DNA of 64,000 nucleotides from the human T2T-CHM13v2.0 reference genome, Homo sapiens, in NCBI RefSeq assembly GCF_009914755.1, contig NC_060942.1; one strand, given 5' to 3'. Of the stretch, positions 1 to 64,000 are shown one piece after another (positions within the stretch are counted from its first letter, which is position 1; the number at the start of each line of letters is the position of its first letter). The notes under the pieces are model-generated. The model was not told the DNA's origin. It ran no database searches and worked only from the letters and a program-made list of their open reading frames with translations. Made by a program: the position numbers and the translations under genes.

Positions 1-187
1 CTGAGAGATTTGGGCTGGGCACCAGCCTCCCCTCTACCCCCACCCCTCCACCCCGACCCCTGGCCTGGCTGAATGGGAAGGGTCCTGGCTTGCACATTCC
101 TGTTTGCCTTGGTTGCCATGCCAACCAGCAGTTCAGCAGAGCAGCCCAAGCTGGACCTGCTGATGGCTCGCTCTCTGTCTCTTTCAG

Positions 188-55453
<55,266 letters not shown>

Positions 55454-55746
55454 GTTTCCCTGTCTAAAACACATCAGTGTAAATTCAGGCTTCAGCACGC
55501 CGTCCAGATCCCCAGGATAAGAGACCACTTAGCCTTCCCTTTGGTCTGTTCTGTGACTCTCTCCCCAAACACAAAGAAGCGTGTATGTAGTCACCATTCC
55601 AGAACCTCTCTTTTCTAAGATGCACAACACTTATCAAAGATATGTTTAGTTTAGACTTTATACCCTTAGCTTTCCCATAAGAGCTCCCTTTGTGGGGAAC
55701 TTGCCCTCTTCTGCGAAATAAGCCTCATCCTTAAAGAGAAGTCACC

Positions 55747-56101
<355 letters not shown>

Positions 56102-56600
56102 TTAATATGGCAAAACACAATACCAAGAACTGTGCATTAGCCCGGAAGGCAAGAGGGTTGGTTCTGCCCCAGCTCTGCTGCTAATGAGCCCCTACCAGGT
56201 TGAGCAAGTCTTTCCCCACTCTCCACCTCCATTTCTTAATCAGTTTCATGACAGGGAAGGATTTGAAAGTCCTTTCCACCTCAGAAGTGTTGATTATTCT
56301 CTCTCTCCTATAATCTGATGAAATCAGCATGACAACAAGTAATTTAAGTAAAGGACAGAAGGGTTACCCAAGAAGAGGCAGGAAAATGTTAACGTTCTAT
56401 AAAGTTTTATTCTTGAGTCATAGGAAAATGCTCTCCAGACGTGGGGTTAGGAACCTAAATTCACTGAAAATGCCAATGTGCTTTCCTTTACATTACAGAA
56501 ATATTTCTGGAAGTGTCAGATGAAAACTGATCTTTATCAACACTCAAATCATATTATAAACAAATGTGTTTCCCTTTGTAATATTCATAATCATACTGTC

Positions 56601-56606
56601 ATTAAA
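56601..56606 (+). terminator. Candidate poly(A) signal ATTAAA
   Basis: First canonical-type hexamer I found after the stop, followed by T/GT-rich sequence. Confidence 0.55.
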
Positions 56607-57851
56607 CTGTTTAAGTTTGCAAGTCGGCATCAGGGTTTTCTTAAAACGGGGCTCACCTAGAGGTTCATACATTGCTCACTTGAGGGGTTTTCCATGGTCA
56701 AGCATGTGCCTGAAAAGAGACAAGGATGGGCTCAAAATCATCAGAACAGGGGTTGATTTGCTTATGGAGCGAATTACACAGAAATGACCTTGGACTTGGT
56801 TTTCTGTTTGAGTTGAAGCACAGATTGTTAATAACACATCTCACTATTTAGGGTAGAGTCTTTTAGCTTTGTGCCCCCAAATTACAAATCAAGCCAGTCT
56901 TGAGTGGCCAGTAACCCTTGTTCAGTCACTCTGGTTATAGTTTCAAGCTCCTAAGCCACAAACCTTCTTTGTGGAACTCCATGTGGCCTGACCTTCCCAC
57001 GCCTTCTCCAGAGGGGAATGAACCTCTCATAGCACCATAGCAGTGCCTCCCACCACCCTCCAAGCACACATGCACTCCCAGTTTAGTGTCATGGGGATGA
57101 GGACATAAGAGGGAATGTGGGGAAGGAGAGGCGGGGACAGACCCTCTATAACCACAGCTTTAAGAATTACATTTAACCAAATCCATCATTTGGAAAAAGT
57201 TAATTTCTATGTTTGCCTTTTCTTGGTCTGCCCCCAAGATTCTGGCCATCTTTTAGCAGCCCAAGAGCACTGGGTGGCATATTTCTCTTCCACATCATAT
57301 CTAGCCCATATGACTTCTCCAGAAAAATGCAGCACTTAAGGGCGGAAACAAATCCTCCACCTAGAAAAAGCAAACGAGTCACACTCCAGAGGCTACCTCT
57401 GAGTTTGCAATCACACCTTGAGGCCAAGAAGGTCTCAGGCTGTATTTTAATGACCGTGGAATTAGTGCTCTCTGAGGATTAAGCATCCAGGAATTTCACC
57501 AGAAGGCTGTTTATGCTCACAGCTCACTCAGTTGCCCCAGAACCTCCAAATGATGACATACAACTATTAAAGCACCAGTTTTCATGCATTTTCCACCAAA
57601 GTGTTATAATCTGGTCTTATTAAGAGCAGGAAACCCTTCACATGCATGCTGTTCTTGTTATTGACCACGAATAAAACCCTTCAGCTGTTCTAAGTATTTC
57701 AATATCCTCACCTATAAAGCAAGTTAAGTTGGCCCATGATACTAAGCAAAGTAGAAATAGATGGGGTAGAAGAATTTGACCTATGAAAACATACAAGGTC
57801 TACAGAATACCAAAGTAGCTAGTCTAGTCCAGCACTTCAATTAAGCACCAA

Positions 57852-58010
57852 CAGTGGAGAGCTGCAGCCGGCTCCATCAGTTCCTGAGAGTCCGCTGCAC
57901 AAGTGAGCACATTTCTCCCCATGCCATTCAGTGACATCACATTGATAGCTTGAAACCGGCCATGGTGGGAGTATTTATATCACAGACATCAGCAAACTAC
58001 AAATCTGGGC
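57852..58010. mobile_element. MER63-like hAT fragment
   Basis: gacatcacattgatagcttgaaaccggccatggtgggagtattta...gcaaactacaaatc. Confidence 0.65.
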
Positions 58011-58124
58011 ATGCACACAATACACCAACACATGTTTTACAAGCACACATACAAACAAACAAACAAAAAAAGTATACAGGAATGTGAGAGGGAAAAGGGA
58101 GTGAGGTATAAAAATAAAAGGACA

Positions 58125-58425
58125 GGACCGGGCACGGTGACTCACACCTGTAATCCCAGCACTTTAGGAGGCCGAGGCGGGCGAATCACCAGAGGTCAGG
58201 AGTTCGAGACCAGCCTGACCAACATGGAGAAACCCCATCTCTAGTAAAAATACAAGATTAGCTGGGCATGGTGGTGCATGCCTGTAATCCCAGCTACTCG
58301 GGAGGCTGAGGCAGGAGAATCGCTTGAACTCAGGAGGGAGAGTTGTGGTGAGCCGAGATCGCACCATTGCACTCCAGCCTGGGCAACAAGAGTGAAACTC
58401 TGTCTCAAAAAAATAAATAAATAAA
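58125..58425 (+). mobile_element. AluSp
   Basis: cctgaccaacatggagaaaccc diagnostic; TSD aaataaaaggaca. Confidence 0.95.
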
Positions 58426-59082
58426 AGGACATACACACCTATATATTCCAGACAGGGGCCTCGCATGGGCCCATGAAGATATGCTGGGCACCAAGGCACA
58501 TGATTAACTCAATTGTTGGGAAAATTTTTTAAATGGGTGGAGCAGAATGTGTGCTACATATATGTACACAAACATGCACACACACATGCACAGTTGTTTT
58601 TTTTTTTCCTTCATCGAACTAGCCCATTGATGGCACATAATAGCCCTGAGAAATAGTAACTGAGTAATTGACTGAAACACCCTCCTACCCCTCTGTCTCA
58701 GTGGAGATGCTTTTCTATTCTCTCTACAGAATAAGTTCCGTAGAGAGAATAGACTCTATTGGCTGGAATTTGAAAACTGTTTCACACACACAACATCCTT
58801 ATAACAGATACACACGCTCTCAACTAGGCCAACTGACTTGCCTCCAGAACTTATTGCCTGTAGCCTCCTTCCAAAACACATGTGTAGGGTTCAGGGAAAG
58901 AAATTTTCAGAGTAGTGCACGGCATCTAGCCCTCAGCATTCCATCATTTTATGAGCAATAGCTTCAAGCCTCTTTTGCAAATGGTCTTCTGCAACCATCC
59001 TTTCCTTACAGAGCCTTTGTTATTCAGACATTTAAACTATGTAATGGTCTCAGGTGAGGGGAAGGTAGATAGATGGGAGATT

Positions 59083-59655
59083 GGTAGTTCTCAAACTCAA
59101 GCATGTATCAGAATCACCTAGAGACCTTATTTAATGCAGGTTAGTGGGCCCTATTCCAAGACTGTCAATCAGTAGACCTGAGGCACGGCCTGAGAATTTC
59201 CTTTTCTAACAAGTTCCCCACAGATGTTGATGCTGTGGGTATAGGGGTCCCATACTTTGAGACCCACGAGATAGACTTAGAAATAGGATGCTGCCTCCAC
59301 TGATTTATTTCCCTTTCATTGTATACTGTAATGCACTGGTTGTGCATCTAAGAATCATCCGCAAGGCTTATTAAAACACAAATCCCTGGGCCTCAACCTC
59401 AAAGATTTGGATTCACTAGAGCCGGGTGGAACCAAAAATCTGAGCTTCTAACAAACTCCCAGATGATACAGATGCGGCTGGATCCAGGTCCAGAGATCGT
59501 TGCACAGGTTCTTACTCTTGGTTAGATCAGGATCCTCTGATTCTGATGCCAGGCCCTACCTCAGGCCAATTAAGCCAGCAATGGGCCTGGGCACAGGTAA
59601 TTTTTTAAAGCTCCTGGGGTGATTCTAACATGCAGCTGGGGCAGGAAAACAACGG
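59083..59655. mobile_element. Three adjacent MER5A/B copies
   Basis: gttctcaaact...gaatcacc...ttctaacaagttccc repeated at about 59083-59265, 59335-59500 and 59520-59655. Confidence 0.7.
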
Positions 59656-62600
59656 TGCTGCCTATTTCTTGGACCCCAACTGTTTCTAATTTGAGTCACT
59701 CTTCAGCACTCCGTTAACCCCCAGTCCCCATCCTCAGTTCCCAGGTGGGTTTGCATAAGGGGTAGTAGACCTGCCAGGAGATGCAGTGAGAAGCACTGAG
59801 CACTGAGGCAGGAGGAGCACAGACAGCACAGAGAATCCTCTAAAGTGAAGTTTATCTCTTTCTCACTGTTGTTGGGGACTCACCCTGCACCACAAAGAAG
59901 ACTAGATAAAGAAAACCACTAACCAGTAACATCCGGCTCAGTAGGCTGAGCACAAAAGCAAGGTTTTGCTTTGGCCCTAGACCTAGAAGCCTGCTGAGTG
60001 AGCGCCTTGGCCCTAGAAAAGAGGAGCAGGGGGTTGTCCGGAGCCCCTCCGACCACGCTGCTCTCAGTCAGGCACCACAGACACAGGCAGAGCTGGCTAG
60101 AGGTCAGAGGCATGGCCCCAGTGAGAAGCAGCAGCTGTGCCCTGTGAGCAGGTAGGATGGGGTTAAGGGCTGGCCTGGAATGGGGGCAGAAGGTGGAAGT
60201 TGGGAAATGGTGATGACAGCAGTTATTGCAAGGGGGCAAGCCAATGGGCAGGCAGTGGGCGTAGAAAAGCAGCTCCACTGAGACAGCCATGCAGGGAGCC
60301 CTGTGCAGGCAGACAGCTGTGGTCAGGGGTTAAAGAGGTGGAGAAAAGCAGAACATGGAGCCATGTAGAGAGCAGGTGCTGGCGGCCAGCTGGTACTGTA
60401 ACAGGAAGAGTGCAAAAAAAAAAAAAAAATAGCAGTTTTTGCCATGGGGTGAGGCTCCACCCCTCTTTGAACTGTCTGGTGGGGCCAGGGCTGGGGCTGG
60501 GAGAGGGATGGGGTGGCTTTCACTCCTCTCCCCAGTGCTTGCTTCTTGATGGGTCAGTCTGGGTCACTAGGGTCCACCTGTCTCTTACGGCATGGCCTGA
60601 GCAGTAGTTTCAAGGGGTGTCATGGGGCGGGGAGGGGGGCAAGTCGGGCAGCAGAGCATTACAAACCCTGGGGCCCAGGCAACAGCCCAGACTAGCTCTA
60701 TCAGAATCTTAGGGGCGGCCCAGGCCGGGGTGGTTGCCAAAGCTCCCCAGGGGGCCCCATCAGTAGAAGGTGTGGGGGCTGCTCGGTGCTGTGCTGTGCT
60801 GCTCTGTGCAGGGCTGCAGGGAGAAGATTCTCTAGAGAGCTCTCAAGTGGGAGGAGCCCCAGGCAGCATGATTTTGTCAAATGGAGATTGTCTCTGTCCC
60901 TGAGGTCAGAGGAGGGCTGTAACCATACAGTTCTTAACCTCTGGATTTGGACAAATGTAAGCTGTGTTCCTGGCCCCTCTAAAGACCTGTGAATCCTATT
61001 CTGCTCATCTGTGTGTAGTTCTTGTTTTTAAGCTTCCAGAGAGACACTGATTCCTAGCTAGTTTCTAACCCTAGCATACAGCAAGATGGAAAGCTCAGGA
61101 CACAAGATTAAAGTGACAGCCTGGAGGGCAGGACAGGGAGTCTGGGCTGTGGCTGGAGCACCCATCACCATTCCTGGGCCACAAGCCGCCTTCAGGGACT
61201 GGCTTCCTGTTCTCCCAGGCCCCGCTGTGGCTCCTTGGCCTTAGCCCCAGGTTCTCAACATGAACAGACTGTGAACTCCTTGTGAACAGCGATGAGTTTT
61301 GTACATTCCCCTAACTGGGGCCTCTCTCCCGCAGTGAATGAGTAAGTGACAGACACAGTTATACTAAAGTTATAAGTTATGTCCAGCAAAAGAGAGGCAT
61401 TGCCTTCTCTGTTGTCATCTGTCCTCCCATCAGTGTCTTGCAAGTCTTAATAGCTTTTGAACAAATGAATCATATTTACATTTTGTACTGGGCCCCATGA
61501 ATTACGTAGCTGGTCCTGTGCTGAGCTCTTGGTGGCAACTGGAGCTTGCTCTCCCATGGCTGCAGCATCAAAGATCCCCCTGGGCTAGTTCTCTGCTTTC
61601 AAACTCCTTCCTCACCCATGACAGCATGAGACAGCAACACAACACCCCAATATACACAGAGCCTCACTTGTGGGGTACTCACTTGACAAGCACCCCAGGG
61701 AGCAAAGGAAGTGCAGAGAGAGGTGGCACCTTCTATCCTGAAGACCCAGCACACCCAGGCTCCATGGTGCAGGGACTGGAACAAACCAGGAAGGCACCCC
61801 ACAACCAAAATATTTGTAGATTTTCCAGCTGGAGCAAAGGAAAGACCCAGACAGATCCCTACTCATAATCAGCTCATGAAACGCCCTACTGGAGAAAGGC
61901 AGAAAGAGTAGCTGGCTTTTTCCCCATCCCTGCATACTCCCCTGGGTGCTCTTTGAATCAATGTTTAGCCGGATTTCACCCAATCATGAGCGTGTGAGTG
62001 GGGAGCACCCCCATGACTTGGCTTCCTGCCCAACACATCACACCACAACCTGTGAATAACTCATCTTCCCCAACACATTATAACCTCTGAGGGGCCAGAT
62101 TATGTATTTTCATGGCCCCCATTCCAGGCCTGGCACGTGGATACATATTTACTGACAGATGGACCCCTACTTCAGCATCCCTGTAAGCCTGGAATTAATT
62201 CCAGGAGGTGGGTACTAAGCAAGATAATGTTTAACCAAAATGCAGATTCTAGCACCTCCCCTGAACCCTAAGATATTGGGATTCAGTAAGTGATGGGGTA
62301 TCTGCATTTTTACCTGCATCGCAAATGACTTAAGAAGGCCAATTCTCCTGGCTATCTGAAGAACTGAAGGAGGTGGGTAGACAGAGGGGGTCTCAGCACA
62401 GGAATTTGAGTAGAATTCACGTAGAAGCCCAGGACATGATTGCATGAGTGGCCATGGGTCAGTGTGCAGCTTGCAAATCCAGTCACTGTAAGGCCTTATC
62501 CTAGAAAGGCCCTGACGGGGACTGGGGTTGCGGGGGTGGGGATTGAGGCAGGTGGCTACCATCTGTCAAGAGCAGCAGCAGACCTGCAGCTGGCTCCATG

Positions 62601-63171
62601 GCTTCTGTGGCCCATGCCCACCCTCCCTCCTTACCATCACAGCAGTCGCCCAAATGGCTCAGAGAGGAGCTCATGGGAACCCCACTTACTGTTGACACTG
62701 GGGGAAAAGAATGGAAATATGATTTGGCATAACTTGAGGGACGTATAAATGGTTTGTGCCTTTCACACCCCAAAAACTTCAATTTACCTCCCTCATGAAT
62801 GTCTTAGAAGCTTCTGCATTCTTTAAGAAAACTCTAGTTTTTACATAAATTTAATATTGACCATATAATTCAACATTCAATTTTATGTTATCTGGTATCA
62901 CCTGCCACCTGGGTGGAGGGTCTTATTTGCTCAGCAAGATGGGAAACTCTAAAGTCAAAGACCTCATCTTATAATTACTTGAACACAACATACTTTGGAG
63001 ACCAAACATATTACTGAGCACAGGATATCCGTGCTGCTTGATTCACTTACTATTTGAACTCCTGGTTCTGAGACTGTTATCCGAGGAGAATAAAAGGGTG
63101 CTGGATGGGCTTCCATGGAGAGATGGAAACTGTCTGAGTGTTAAGGGCTCAGGCTAGGGAGGAGACAAAAC

Positions 63172-63345
63172 TCTTCTTCTGAAAGTTTCATAGCTTTAGC
63201 TCTTATATTTAGGTCTTTGATCCACTTTGAGTTATTTTTTGTATATGGTAGTAGAGTCCCCAATCTTCTGCAAGTGGATATTCAGTTGCCCCAGCACTAT
63301 TTATTGAAAAGACTATTCTTTTTTGCATATGGGATTGTTTTTCAG
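63172..63345 (-). mobile_element. L1M ORF2 fragment
   Basis: gctcttatatttaggtctttgatccactttgagttatttttt...cagcactatttattgaaaagact. Confidence 0.8.
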
Positions 63346-63593
63346 AATCCAGAAAAATCTTTAGTTCACATTCCTCTTGCTTTAAGGTAGTATTTCCATA
63401 ACTCATCAGTCATGGATCTTAAATACATATCCAAAAGAAAAAATTTTAAATAAGAAAAAGTCACATGATCCAATGAGATCCAGGTACATTAAGCCAAATA
63501 AAGTTTAACATCTTTCATTAGCATTGGCTTCTCAAAGACTTTAATGCCAGTGTGCTTTTAATGAATCACTTATCCTTCTTTTATCAGAGAAGG

Positions 63594-63595
<2 letters not shown>

Positions 63596-63628
<33 letters not shown>
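63596..63628. repeat. (GT)n microsatellite
   Basis: Read directly. Confidence 0.95.
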
Positions 63629-63631
<3 letters not shown>

Positions 63632-64000
63632 ACATATTAACATCTCTACGAGTACACTTCCAAACACCTCGAGTTTTGGAATCATTCTTTTGCAAGAGTA
63701 GACTTACTGACTTGAATGCTATTGGATTGTTTTAATTTCATCTTGGAGAGTTCGGCTAACAGGATGGTTGGGGTGTGTGTGTTTTGTAGACTTGTAGCTT
63801 TTATCTTCAACCAGGTCAGAGCAGAAATAACACAGTAACCTATGAATTCCTCTGGGGTGTTTTTTAGCAACTGAATGTAGAAGCCACAATTTTAGTTTGT
63901 TTCTGAACTGTCCATTTTTTTAAACTTAAATATTAAGGTGTGTGTTGTTGTTTTGTTTTGCTTTTTGAAAGTGTGGTCCAAGAACCACCTGAATCAGACT

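Overview
Primate (human or near-identical) genomic DNA containing most of SLC14A2, the UT-A urea transporter gene, on the + strand. I could reconstruct 17 GT-AG coding exons from 188 to the stop at 55453. The first coding exons and the main promoter lie upstream of the window. The gene is an internal tandem duplication: exon sizes 190/129/193/148/135/50 occur twice with identical phases, and equivalent junctions are exactly 1386 nt apart in the mRNA. The window also shows the sequence basis for several isoforms: a read-through stop at 17386-17388 (UT-A3-type), an internal ATG at 40206 (UT-A2, 397 aa), and a 128-nt stop-containing cassette exon at 8041-8168 inside an antisense L2 (UT-A6-type, 19-aa novel tail). 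The rest is intron and intergenic DNA with Alu, L1, L2 and hAT MITE (MER5/20/58/63/96) repeats. I found no evidence of a new multi-gene system, CRISPR array or RNA gene. The best leads are the L2-derived exon, a candidate internal promoter and first exon at about 26.6-27.7 kb (CRE plus two TonE-consensus sites), a diverged ~220-bp duplication in two adjacent introns, and possible in-frame chimeric splicing between the two gene halves. Protein numbering assumes the first exon here starts in codon D111 of the 920-aa UT-A1. That anchor and the repeat subfamily calls come from memory, not from a search.
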